Shown piece after piece: positions 9,765 through 18,856 of a stretch of 45,723 bases of DNA (position 1 is its first letter; each line of letters begins with the position of its first letter). The notes under the pieces are model-generated. The model saw only the letters and a list, made by a program, of their open reading frames with translations, searched no databases and was not told the origin of the DNA. The position numbers and the translations under genes are program-made. The DNA is from Gammaproteobacteria bacterium (GTDB lineage: Bacteria > Pseudomonadota > Gammaproteobacteria > Arenicellales > Poriferihabitantaceae), in assembly GCA_022826305.1 (NCBI GenBank), contig JAJDVC010000024.1:1-45723 (forward strand). Direction: 5' to 3'.

Positions 9765-12050
9765 CTACGGCTTCTTCCGGTCCAGAGCCATCAGCAGGGG
9801 CGGCAACAGCAGGAAGTCGGTGATGAGGGCACATACGATCGCAATCGCCACCATAAGTCCGAGCGTTGCACTCCCGTCGTACCCCGAGAATGCGAACACC
9901 AGGAATCCCGCCGACAACACTATCGATGTCGTCAACAGCGCACGGCCGCAGGTGCGGAACGCCGTGTGCACGGCCTCTTCCGTAGCGGCGCCTTCCCGGC
10001 GGGCCCTCAAGTAATTGCTCATGAAGTGGACGGTGTCGTCCACCACGATCCCGAAGGCGATGACCGTCATTACCGTCCCGGCGAGGCCGACCTGACCAAC
10101 GAAATGGCCCCAGAGACCGAAGGCGACAGCTGCCGGGACAAAATTGGGCACAAGGCTGACAAGGCCGAGGCGCAGGCTGCGGAAGACCCCGATCAGGATG
10201 AACGAAATAAGGACCATGCCGATAATCGTGCCCTGCAGCATGCTTTCCAGATTCCGCTGCGTCAGATAGGCGAAAATCATGGTCATGCCCGATGCCCTGG
10301 CCGCAAACTCGGGTATGTTCGTGCGAAGCCATGACTCGGCGCGCTCATCCAGTTCCTTCAACTCCCGGGCCGAAATTCCCTCGACGGTCGCTGTCATGCG
10401 GGTGGCGGATTTGGCCACGTCAATCTGGTCGTTGAGGTCCGCCCCGAAAGGTACCGAGAGCTCGTAAAGAAGCAGATATTGCGATGCGAGTTCCTGGCTC
10501 TCCGGCAACCGATGGAATGCCGGATCGTCGCCGTGCATGTTCCGGTTCAGGCGCTTCATCACATCGGAGAAGGCACGGACATGGACGATTTCCGGCTGTT
10601 CCCGAAACCATTCCGCGAACATTTCCACCTTGCGGAGATATTCCGGTTCGGTAATGCCTCCGTCCCGCCCCGAGTCGAGCGAATAGTCCATCGAGTTCAG
10701 GCCCGTCAGATTATTTGCGATGAAATCGGTGTCGAGTCGGATCTGATATCGCTCGTCGAACTGTGTCGTCCAGTTGTCGCTCAATTCGAGGCGCGGAAGG
10801 CCGGAAAGGGACAGCAGTGCAGCGACAAGGACAAGCCACATAAGCGGTCTGCGGCGCGCAACGACGAAATTCCCCAACCGTTCGGAAAACGAAACGCCGC
10901 CACTGCGGACGGTTCGCCCCCGTAGCGGCAGGACGCAAAGCAGTGTCGGCAGAAGCGTCATGGAATAGAAAAATATGCAGAAAACGCCCAAGGCGACGAG
11001 GTTGCCGAGTTCCCGGAAGGGGGGCGAATCCGAAGTGTTCAGGCTCAGGAACCCGATCATGGTCGTAACCGATGTCAGGAACACCGGCCAGACATTGGCC
11101 CGAAGCGAGTCGGCAACGGCGATCCTCCGGTCCTTGCCGCTGCCGATGCCCGTCAGCGTCGCGGACGCAATGTGGACCGAGTTCGCGATCGCGATCGCCA
11201 TGACGATAATCGGCAGACCGCTTGTTGTCGGCCCGAGAACGACCCGGAACCAGCCGCCGATTCCCATCGTCGAAATGACGGCGAACAAAACAACGGCAAC
11301 GGTTGCAACAATAGCAAATGCGGAGCGCAAAAGAATTCCTGTGCCGACAATTATAATCAGGAATGCAATCGGCAGAAGCGTCTCGAGAAAGTATTTTGCG
11401 GCATCCGTAATGGCATGATTCAGGACCACATTGCCGGTCATGTAGTATCCGATATCCGGGTGACGCGCGCGCGCCTCGGTCAGCATTTCTTCGAGATGGA
11501 CGGCGATCTCTTCGACCGCCCTCCCTCCTGCTTCCGGCGTGGCAAAGCTGATGACCATGCCGGCCACGCGCCCGTCGAGCGACACGAGGCGGCCCGCGAG
11601 GTCGCTTGAACCGAGCGCGACTTCCTCGACCCGTGCCAGATCGGTGCTGCCCAGCGAGCGCGCATCGTCCACCAGCGGCTCGACAATGAGTTCGTCTTCC
11701 TCCGCCCGGCTATGAGAAAAATTGACCAGCGAGTCAACGCGGCTGGCATGAGGCGTCTGCCATGCCGCTTCGGTAAGCTCCTCTAGCGCGATCAATGCGT
11801 CGCGGGAAAAGATCGACCCCTCCCGGGGGGCGACGGCGACGAGCACCGTATTCGAAGCCGAATAGGTGTCCTGCAACGAGTCGTAATCGACCAATTGCGG
11901 ATTGCCCTCGCCGATGATGTCCCGGAAATCCTCCGATACCGAGATGTAATGGCCGCCAGCACCCGCCGCGAGCATGACCAGAACCGCAAGCAGGAGAACA
12001 GGCCAACGCCATCTCAGCACTAGGTCAATGTACCGTTCCAGCACCTGCAT
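9765..12050 (-). CDS. MMPL/RND-superfamily exporter (HpnN-like lipid transporter family)
   Basis: The ATG at 12050 gives 761 aa starting MQVLERYIDLVLRWRWPVLLLAVL. It has two blocks of about 5-6 TM helices, each preceded by a soluble loop, which is the typical MMPL topology. The longer track ORF overlaps the upstream gene. Confidence 0.8.
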   Translation of the reverse strand: MQVLERYIDLVLRWRWPVLLLAVLVMLAAGAGGHYISVSEDFRDIIGEGNPQLVDYDSLQDTYSASNTVLVAVAPREGSIFSRDALIALEELTEAAWQTPHASRVDSLVNFSHSRAEEDELIVEPLVDDARSLGSTDLARVEEVALGSSDLAGRLVSLDGRVAGMVISFATPEAGGRAVEEIAVHLEEMLTEARARHPDIGYYMTGNVVLNHAITDAAKYFLETLLPIAFLIIIVGTGILLRSAFAIVATVAVVLFAVISTMGIGGWFRVVLGPTTSGLPIIVMAIAIANSVHIASATLTGIGSGKDRRIAVADSLRANVWPVFLTSVTTMIGFLSLNTSDSPPFRELGNLVALGVFCIFFYSMTLLPTLLCVLPLRGRTVRSGGVSFSERLGNFVVARRRPLMWLVLVAALLSLSGLPRLELSDNWTTQFDERYQIRLDTDFIANNLTGLNSMDYSLDSGRDGGITEPEYLRKVEMFAEWFREQPEIVHVRAFSDVMKRLNRNMHGDDPAFHRLPESQELASQYLLLYELSVPFGADLNDQIDVAKSATRMTATVEGISARELKELDERAESWLRTNIPEFAARASGMTMIFAYLTQRNLESMLQGTIIGMVLISFILIGVFRSLRLGLVSLVPNFVPAAVAFGLWGHFVGQVGLAGTVMTVIAFGIVVDDTVHFMSNYLRARREGAATEEAVHTAFRTCGRALLTTSIVLSAGFLVFAFSGYDGSATLGLMVAIAIVCALITDFLLLPPLLMALDRKKP

Positions 12051-12105
12051 TCCATTCAGAACCCAACCCTGCAGTGAAGAAAGAGCGGAGCGGCGGCCCG
12101 AACCA

Positions 12106-13497
12106 TCAATCCGCTCCCGCATCCATCCGCCGGAGGAAGGACAGGCTGTCGTCTGCGGCGTTGATGCCGCTTTCCAGCGCGCCGTTGGATATCGGCACCC
12201 GCGTATAGTCGCCTGCCAGGAACAGTCCCCGTACGCCACCCAGGCCGTTCTCCCGTAGCCTTTGGACATCCCGCAACATGCCGCCCGACGCAATGCACAG
12301 CGCTTCATCCCATCTGTACGCGCGCGCGAAGCATGGGGTTTCCGGCATGGCGGGAAAATATTTCCGGACTTCCCTGATCACCTTCGCTTCGATCTCTTCG
12401 TCGCTCAGGGGCAGAAGGGCTCGCGCATTGTCCCCGACCGTGACGGCGTGCAACAGGTTCTTTCCCTCTGGCGCAACGCCCGGCGCAACACATTTGAAGT
12501 TTGCGATCACGAGGAGGAACGAACCGGAGTGCTTCGGGAAGGCGGCGGCGAGCGTGCCCGGCGGGAGCAATTCGAAGTCCAGCCCCATGACCACCTTCAC
12601 GACGGTGGAATAGGAGATCTGGCTCAATACGTCCCGGACATGCGGTGGCAGGTCGGGAACGATCCGGGTCGCAATCGTGGCCGGCGTTGCACAGATGACC
12701 GCATCCGCCGAGATGGTCTCTCCCGCTTCAGTAACGACACCCCTTGCGACTCCATCCTGACTGACGATCCGCTGCACCGGCGTCGAAAGCCTGGTGACTT
12801 CGTCCGTTGCGCGCACGAGTGCCGTAGCGAATGACCCGACACCCCTTTCCGGCAAGCAAACGCTTTCCGCCGGGTTCAGCGAAAAGTTCCACAGCACCGA
12901 CATGCCGTAGGCTGCACCGACTTGTTCCGGATATGCGGCGGTATAGGCGGCAATGTCCACATGGCTCGCCTCGTTGACATAATCGCCCAGGGAATTCCTG
13001 ACCATGAAATCCGCGAAACTTTCTTCAGTATCGAATGCCGCCAACTTCACCGGGTCTTCGATACTGAGATCCTTGCCGCGGTTCTTCATCATCCTGAAGA
13101 ACCGCAACATTTGTAACGTCGCCTTCAACGAAAAAACCCGAAAGAGGAGCAGGGTCTTCAGCGTTTCGAATCGCTGCTTCCAGGTTCCTCCCATATAAAT
13201 TCCATGAAAGCGCCCCTTGTTGTAAATCAGCCCTCCCTTTACAGAAGGTGGGCGTCTCAATGGAACGCCGAGACTCTCCGCCAGCTTCCGAACCGTGCCA
13301 TAAGACTCGATGAATATCTCGGCTCCGGTATCAATAAAGAACCCATCCACCTCGTCACCCGCAATACGGCCGCCGGCCCGGTCGGCCGCCTCGAGAACGG
13401 TAACCTCGACATCTTCCTTCGAACAGAGCAGCGAATACGCAGCGGCCAGCCCCGACGTGCCGCCCCCGACTATGACAACCTTCTTCCTGTTCGTCAT
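12106..13497 (-). CDS. FAD-dependent oxidoreductase (amine oxidase / phytoene desaturase-like)
   Basis: The ATG at 13497 gives MTNRKKVVIVGGGTSGLAAAY, a dinucleotide-binding GxGxxG at the N-terminus, and there is a C-terminal FLAGDY FAD motif. The alternative GTG start at 13524 cannot be excluded. Confidence 0.8.
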   Translation of the reverse strand: MTNRKKVVIVGGGTSGLAAAYSLLCSKEDVEVTVLEAADRAGGRIAGDEVDGFFIDTGAEIFIESYGTVRKLAESLGVPLRRPPSVKGGLIYNKGRFHGIYMGGTWKQRFETLKTLLLFRVFSLKATLQMLRFFRMMKNRGKDLSIEDPVKLAAFDTEESFADFMVRNSLGDYVNEASHVDIAAYTAAYPEQVGAAYGMSVLWNFSLNPAESVCLPERGVGSFATALVRATDEVTRLSTPVQRIVSQDGVARGVVTEAGETISADAVICATPATIATRIVPDLPPHVRDVLSQISYSTVVKVVMGLDFELLPPGTLAAAFPKHSGSFLLVIANFKCVAPGVAPEGKNLLHAVTVGDNARALLPLSDEEIEAKVIREVRKYFPAMPETPCFARAYRWDEALCIASGGMLRDVQRLRENGLGGVRGLFLAGDYTRVPISNGALESGINAADDSLSFLRRMDAGAD

Positions 13498-13542
13498 TTC
13501 AGGAAATCCCGTAATCCGGGGCACCTTGCCCCGCTACACAAA

Positions 13543-14724
13543 TTACCATGGACTCTGCTCCGCCGCCCGCACATGGTCCGGCATCCTGTAGCTGATGCCT
13601 TCCTTGTCGTACTGGGCCGAGTCGAAAATCTGGGAGAAGTTGTCCCGCTCGAACATGATCTTTCCACTCAAACGCAGCCGCAGGAATTCCTTTGCGCGGT
13701 AATAGGGCAGGGTGCCGAGGGTCATGATTTTCGGATACTGAAAGATGTCGGCAAGCCGGTTTCCGATCAGGGTGCGGGAAAGCCTGTAAGCATAGCGCGC
13801 AAGTTTCTGTCTTTCAGCGTCTCCCTCCAGACCTGCCATGATCGGGATGGCCTTGAACACCGAGTTGGCGAGTGAGACCGAGTCGTCGTCCGGCGGCGGT
13901 TCGCACAGATGGGCGACACGGTACAGCCGCCTTGCCCTGTCCTCGTCGGTGAAGAGCAGGGCTTCCGGGACGCCCAGGATGTGGCCTACATAGCGCCATA
14001 TGGCGGTGATGCTTTCGCGCTCCTCGGCAGTGATCTTCGACCCCATCTTCATGGCGTGTTCGAACTGGCGGATCGAGAACGTAAATAGCGAAATACCGCC
14101 GATATGCGCCGCACTGAGCGGTGTGCCCCAAGCCTCATGGTTCCATGCGTCGGATTCTGCCAGCAATTTCCTGGTGCGCGCATGAATGAACCGGATGCGC
14201 ATGCTGACCTTCCATCCGTCGCCGTCCCGCAGCAGGCCGCCCGGGAAATAGGTCTCGATCATGTGACGGTTGTTCTGCCTGAGGCGCCGCACGGCTCCCG
14301 GCCCCAGATTGGGCACCCGCCCGGTGATCGAAAAGGATTTGGCGACCAGCGTCCCGAAGCCCTCCACCGCGCTGCCGACGGCGTAGGCAATCAGCATGTT
14401 GGTCATGTTGCGATAGAAGGCGGACTGTCCCGCCTTGAAAGCCTCGAAGTCGACCCAGTCCGGTACCTGCACATTGTCGAAGAAATCACGGAGCAGTTGC
14501 GGCGCCCGGCGAAGCGTGTCTTCATCGTCCTGCTCCACGCCGGCCCGGATAAAGCGGTGCATCTCCGGCGGCGGCAGCGAAGCCAGCTCGTCCATGACTG
14601 GATCGAGTTCGGGATCACCGATAGTGGTGTGCCGGATATAGTTGTCGGCAACCTTCCGGTCGACTGTCCGTGCTGCGGCGTAACCGTCGAGATAGGCAGA
14701 CGGGGCATTCAGCACACCGAGCAT
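13543..14724 (-). CDS. MpaB-family oxygenase (DUF2236; latex-clearing-protein/rubber-oxygenase superfamily)
   Basis: The ATG at 14724 is preceded by GAGGAGG with a 5-nt spacer. The 393-aa product has DUF2236-like blocks (RRLRQNNRHM, VSMRIRFIHARTR, GTPLSAAH). Family assignment is from recognition only. Confidence 0.7.
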   Translation of the reverse strand: MLGVLNAPSAYLDGYAAARTVDRKVADNYIRHTTIGDPELDPVMDELASLPPPEMHRFIRAGVEQDDEDTLRRAPQLLRDFFDNVQVPDWVDFEAFKAGQSAFYRNMTNMLIAYAVGSAVEGFGTLVAKSFSITGRVPNLGPGAVRRLRQNNRHMIETYFPGGLLRDGDGWKVSMRIRFIHARTRKLLAESDAWNHEAWGTPLSAAHIGGISLFTFSIRQFEHAMKMGSKITAEERESITAIWRYVGHILGVPEALLFTDEDRARRLYRVAHLCEPPPDDDSVSLANSVFKAIPIMAGLEGDAERQKLARYAYRLSRTLIGNRLADIFQYPKIMTLGTLPYYRAKEFLRLRLSGKIMFERDNFSQIFDSAQYDKEGISYRMPDHVRAAEQSPW

Positions 14725-14758
14725 GCCGGCCTCCTCGTCCGCGCACCGCCAGAGCGCT

Positions 14759-14773
14759 CCCCCCCCCCCCCCC
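14759..14773. repeat. Homopolymer tract C15 (G15 on the coding strand of the downstream operon)
   Basis: Counted directly: c at 14759-14773, flanked by t at 14758 and g at 14774. It lies 35-49 nt upstream of the MpaB-like ATG. Confidence 0.95.
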
Positions 14774-15018
14774 GACCAGTTTCCTGTCGAGGTTGGTCGT
14801 CCAATCGCCTTCCGGATCGACCAGCCCGAGTTCCAGCACTGTCTCGGCAAACCATCTTTACGACACCTGCGATATCACCCAATGCATAATTCTCGATCTA
14901 CATCCGCCCGAAACAGCATACCACCCATGAACCTGAAAGGCCCGGCAACATGAAGCCCCTTTCAGCTTATTCCTGCCAATCATACATCATCCCTATCCGT
15001 GCTGACCATATTTGAGCA

Positions 15019-15590
15019 TCACAATACTGCGGCAGCGACAATCTTCTCCGCATCCCATATGCGGGTCTCACCGGACAGGAGACTCGGCAGAAGCAGGTCC
15101 CGAGCCTGTGCAAGGGTACGGATTTCTCCCCTGCTTGTCTCCATTCGGCTCATGCAGGCCGAAACATGGTCAGAAAACAGGACAGGTAGGCGGAGGCCAT
15201 CCTGTTCGGATCGGGCCTGATCCGCAAGCAACGAACAGAAAACAGCCAACCTTCCTCAGCATCTCTCACAAATGCACGACGATCTACCGAACCAACACGA
15301 CTGAAAATCATGTACCCTGCACACAAGGAATATCTTGGGAGCCGTTGTTTATCGTGTGCTGAAGCCTGGGGAATGTTTCGATCGTGCAAGATCCGGCTAT
15401 CCACTGTGTGTTCTACCGTAAATACTGGGGTCCCTGTCGTGACGTAATCTCTCTTGTGTAGCCTGACTCCCAAAAGTCCGGTCCGAATGCCAGGTTTCCC
15501 GGATTCCCGGAGCACAGGGACTCGAGGGGACTTTCTGCAAAATCTGTGGAAATTCGACCATATGCCGAATTGCCGAAAGTGCGTGCAGGT
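15019..15590 (-). pseudogene. hsdS: Type I restriction-modification specificity subunit remnant (half-size, frameshifted)
   Basis: Three frames carry HsdS-like pieces: ESPLESLC...; YSLCAGYMIFSRVGSVDRRAFVRDAEEGWLFSVRCLRIRPD; and the conserved C-terminus TLAQARDLLLPSLLSGETRIWDAEK. No single open frame spans them. Confidence 0.65.
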
Positions 15591-15914
15591 TTATCTGTCG
15601 TCGATAACCGACAACTTGACATAGTTGCTTTCAATCTCCCCATGAAACCTGTCGGGCAGGCGGGCCCAATCTCGCGCCTCGACGAGAAACGGAATCGTGG
15701 ATTCCCGTATGGCCTCTTCGAAGTCAGCCAGTTGCCCGATTGGAATCTCCTTCAATCCAGGCCCTCGCAGCACCAGATCAAGGTCACTCCCATCGTGGCT
15801 GCGTCCGCTCACGCGACTACCGTAGGCCCAGACCTCCACGCCAGGCAAATATTCGTGCAGTAGAGTCTCGATCTTTCGGCGGTGTCTTTCCGAAAGGTGA
15901 AGCCGGTCAGTCAT
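15591..15914 (-). CDS. mntA: Minimal nucleotidyltransferase (MNT) antitoxin of a HEPN/MNT pair
   Basis: 107 aa with the pol-beta-type NTase motif YGSRVSGRSHDGSDLDL. Its start overlaps the HEPN gene stop by 8 nt (ATGACTGA). Confidence 0.85.
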   Translation of the reverse strand: MTDRLHLSERHRRKIETLLHEYLPGVEVWAYGSRVSGRSHDGSDLDLVLRGPGLKEIPIGQLADFEEAIRESTIPFLVEARDWARLPDRFHGEIESNYVKLSVIDDR

Positions 15915-16329
15915 CCGTCGACTCGATCATGTCAGCCAATACCCTTGCATCCGCGATGAAATCCGATAACAGCTTCAGCGTCTGTTCGGCAAAGCCCTCT
16001 CCGTAATCGTGAGCAGTGTCATTTCGATTGTCTCGATAGACCAGCCACCGCTCAGTGGCCTCTGCATCCATGAGTCCGTGCTTGGCTGCGTGCCGGAAAA
16101 TATCCTTGAAGGGTAGCCGGTCAGCCTGCCGGTTACTGGAAAAGTATGTGGCAAGCCGCTTTCGGAGCAGTTTTCCGCTCTGTTCAAGCACGAGTTCGAA
16201 TTCCTTGACGCACGCGGCACGATAGATGTCGTAGGCAGGTTCTTCCTGTTCTTCGAGTCCGCTGATTTCCCTGTAAGCGAGCTCCAGTGTGCCGATGCAG
16301 CGGCGGAGAAATGTTGTGTCGATACTCAT
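15907..16329 (-). CDS. hepT: HEPN-domain protein (HI0074-type nucleotidyltransferase substrate-binding protein), putative RNase toxin
   Basis: 140 aa, all-helical sequence with an R-x4-H motif (RNDTAH). It is paired with the MNT gene. Confidence 0.85.
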   Translation of the reverse strand: MSIDTTFLRRCIGTLELAYREISGLEEQEEPAYDIYRAACVKEFELVLEQSGKLLRKRLATYFSSNRQADRLPFKDIFRHAAKHGLMDAEATERWLVYRDNRNDTAHDYGEGFAEQTLKLLSDFIADARVLADMIESTDD

Positions 16330-16599
16330 CTGATGAATTCTCCAGGACCAGGAGTCTTGAGATTCCTGGCGATTTCCGAATCCAGCCTGGCACTGTCAGC
16401 CTGTTGTTCGCAGAGTCGGGTGGCCAGCCTCTTCATCTTCTCTTCGAACGGTGCGTCGTCTTCCTCCCGCGACGGCGCACCGACATACGTGACTGGTGTT
16501 ATCAATTCGGGCGATATCCTCGTTCAGCAGTTCGCGACGGGTCCGGTGGATCATCCGGCCAGGCCCACACGCATCAATGAACAGGATTTCCTCAGCCAT
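16326..16599 (-). pseudogene. hsdM: Type I R-M methyltransferase 3' remnant
   Basis: EILFIDACGPGRMIHRTRRELLNEDIARI, then after a frame change and deletion, LITPVTYVGAPSREEDDAPFEEKMKRLATRLCEQQADSARLDSEIARNLK. This matches the HsdM C-terminus. Its TGA overlaps the hepT ATG (ATGA). Everything upstream of about 16600 is missing. Confidence 0.6.
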
Positions 16600-16757
16600 G
16601 ATGCGGTGCAGTCACCGCGCCTGCATTCCAGTTTGCAATGAAGCGGTCAGGAAAATCAAGATCCGAGTAGGCGGGGACGTTGCCGATTCCGCCTCTCTCA
16701 TGCATTTTTCGGGACAGGATCTCTCCCCATCCGGCAAGGCCGGGAGTACAGCAGGCA

Positions 16758-17582
16758 CTACCGCACATCGTCAGCAAATCGCCGCCAGTCAACATCCGGA
16801 TCCCCGCAGGCAAGGAACCAGGGATTAAGGATATCCGTCTTGTTATACCTGATCCGATTACCCTGAACATCGGTCATGCTTCCGCCAGCCGACTCCAGAA
16901 CACACTGTGCGGCAGCCGTATCCCATTCCGATGTGGGGCCAAGCCTCGGATAGACATCTGCGACACCTTCCGCCACCAGGCAGATCTTGAGGGAACTGCC
17001 CATGCCAACCATCTCTACCGTTCCGAAGGCCCTCGCCATGTTCTTCCTGAACTGCTCGACATTGGCGCCTGCATGGGAACGACTGCAGACCATTGTAACG
17101 TTCCTTGCCGGCCGCGACCTTACCCGTATTGACCTGAGAGATCCCCCGTCCGTACTCATGAATGCGCCGTGCCCCTCCAGACCACAGTAGCTGGTGTTGT
17201 GGACCGGTGAATGGACAACCCCCAGAACCGGCCCGGAGGGTTCCACCAGGGCAATGTTGATCGTGAATTCCCCGTTGCGGCTGACAAACTCCCTGGTCCC
17301 GTCCAGGGGATCAACCAGCCAGAACCTCGACCAGCGGAAACGACGATCGAAGACCGCCCTTTCGGACTCTTCGGACAGGATCGGAATTTCCGGCGTCATG
17401 TCCTGCAAGGAGCGTTCAATCACGGCATGCGCCCGCCTGTCGGCATTGGTCACGGGAGAGCCATCCGCCTTATAATCCACATGCATGCCGTGTTCATACA
17501 CATCCAGGATCTCCCTGCCGGCCAGCCGGGCAATTTCCAGAACCCGTTCAAGCCGCTGCCGTTCATGCGTATGCCGGACCAT
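16758..17582 (-). CDS. cysQ: 3'(2'),5'-bisphosphate nucleotidase CysQ
   Basis: 274 aa with inositol-monophosphatase-family motifs (WLVDPLDGTREF, WDTAAAQCVLESAGG). A GGGAGGAAG Shine-Dalgarno sequence lies immediately upstream of the ATG. Confidence 0.9.
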   Translation of the reverse strand: MVRHTHERQRLERVLEIARLAGREILDVYEHGMHVDYKADGSPVTNADRRAHAVIERSLQDMTPEIPILSEESERAVFDRRFRWSRFWLVDPLDGTREFVSRNGEFTINIALVEPSGPVLGVVHSPVHNTSYCGLEGHGAFMSTDGGSLRSIRVRSRPARNVTMVCSRSHAGANVEQFRKNMARAFGTVEMVGMGSSLKICLVAEGVADVYPRLGPTSEWDTAAAQCVLESAGGSMTDVQGNRIRYNKTDILNPWFLACGDPDVDWRRFADDVR

Positions 17583-17699
17583 CTTCCTCCCGTTAGGTTG
17601 TGCCGATCATGAACGGCTATTGTACTCCTTTTGACGCACACCTCCCTCTCGCTGTCAGGCGCTGCCTGTCGGCATGTCGACCCGGATCGTGTCTGCAAC

Positions 17700-18806
17700 A
17701 TGACTGAACAGGCGCTTCCATCGCAAGGATACCGGCAACTGCTGGATTCCGGTCGCTTGCGCGAGGATCCTGGTCAGTTGCTGGCCATGCGGGAACTTGA
17801 CAGGGTGTTCACGGAACTGCAGCAAACCGGCAGCCGGACCGGACCGGGCTGGTGGAAGCGACTCGTTTACGGATCCCGTGCAAGGCCCGTGAAGGGCTGT
17901 TACCTGTGGGGAGGCGTCGGCACCGGAAAAACGCTGCTCATGGATCTTTTTGCCGGAACGATTCCCCGGGAACAGGTCTTGCGAACCCATTTCCATCGCT
18001 TCATGCGCGACATTCACACGCAGAAGCACCATATCAGGGACAGGCAGGACCCGCTCGGAATCCTGGCATCCAGAATCTCCCGAACAACCCGGGTACTGTG
18101 CCTGGACGAATTTGCCGTACTGGACATAACGGATGCCATGATAATGGCTGGCCTCCTGGACAGTCTGGTTGATCACGGAGTCACGCTGGTCACCACCTCC
18201 AACACACCTCCCCGGGAACTGTACCGCCAGGGGCTCCAGAGAGCGCTGTTTCTCCCTGCAATCGATCTGCTGGAAAACCACACCGTACAGGTCCATGTGG
18301 ATCACGGAACCGACTACCGCATGGCCTTTCTGCGCCACAACTCGGTATTTCATGTACCTGCCGACCGTCCAGGCGAAGACAGGCTTGCCGCCACATTCGC
18401 CAGGCTGTCGGGCCCCGGACACGACACGGTCGGAGAACTGGAAATCAACGACCGGAAAATCCGGACGATCGCACATGATGCGGGCGTCGCCTGGTTTGAT
18501 TTTGATGCCCTTTGCCGGACGCACCGATCAAATTCCGACTACATTGAAATCGCACGACAGTTCCACACGGTCCTGATCAGTCGCATTCCACCGCTTGATG
18601 CAGGGAGGGATGATGAAGCGCGCAGGCTCATAGAACTGGTTGACGAACTTTACGACCGGAATGTCAATCTGGTTGCCTCGTCATCAAGACAGCCACACGC
18701 CATCTACAGCGGGCAGCGCCTCAGGAACGAGTTCAGACGGACCGCCAGCCGACTGGTGGAAATGGCATCCGACACGTACCTCGCAAGGCCGCACCTTTCC
18801 CGATAG
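17700..18806 (+). CDS. zapE: Cell division protein ZapE (AFG1-like ATPase)
   Basis: The ATG at 17700 gives MTEQALPSQGYRQLL. Walker A is YLWGGVGTGKTLLMD and Walker B is VLCLDEF, with AFG1 family sequence throughout. Confidence 0.88.
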   Translation: MTEQALPSQGYRQLLDSGRLREDPGQLLAMRELDRVFTELQQTGSRTGPGWWKRLVYGSRARPVKGCYLWGGVGTGKTLLMDLFAGTIPREQVLRTHFHRFMRDIHTQKHHIRDRQDPLGILASRISRTTRVLCLDEFAVLDITDAMIMAGLLDSLVDHGVTLVTTSNTPPRELYRQGLQRALFLPAIDLLENHTVQVHVDHGTDYRMAFLRHNSVFHVPADRPGEDRLAATFARLSGPGHDTVGELEINDRKIRTIAHDAGVAWFDFDALCRTHRSNSDYIEIARQFHTVLISRIPPLDAGRDDEARRLIELVDELYDRNVNLVASSSRQPHAIYSGQRLRNEFRRTASRLVEMASDTYLARPHLSR

Positions 18807-18856
18807 CCAGATGAACCTCAAGCCAGCCGGGAAAGACCCGACAGGATCATCACCTG

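Noticed and set aside
16592-16870. 92-aa minus-strand ORF spanning the cysQ 3' end and the gap to the hsdM remnant
   Set aside because: It overlaps cysQ in another frame. I could not match the non-overlapping tail (LDFPDRFIANWNAG...) convincingly to HsdM.
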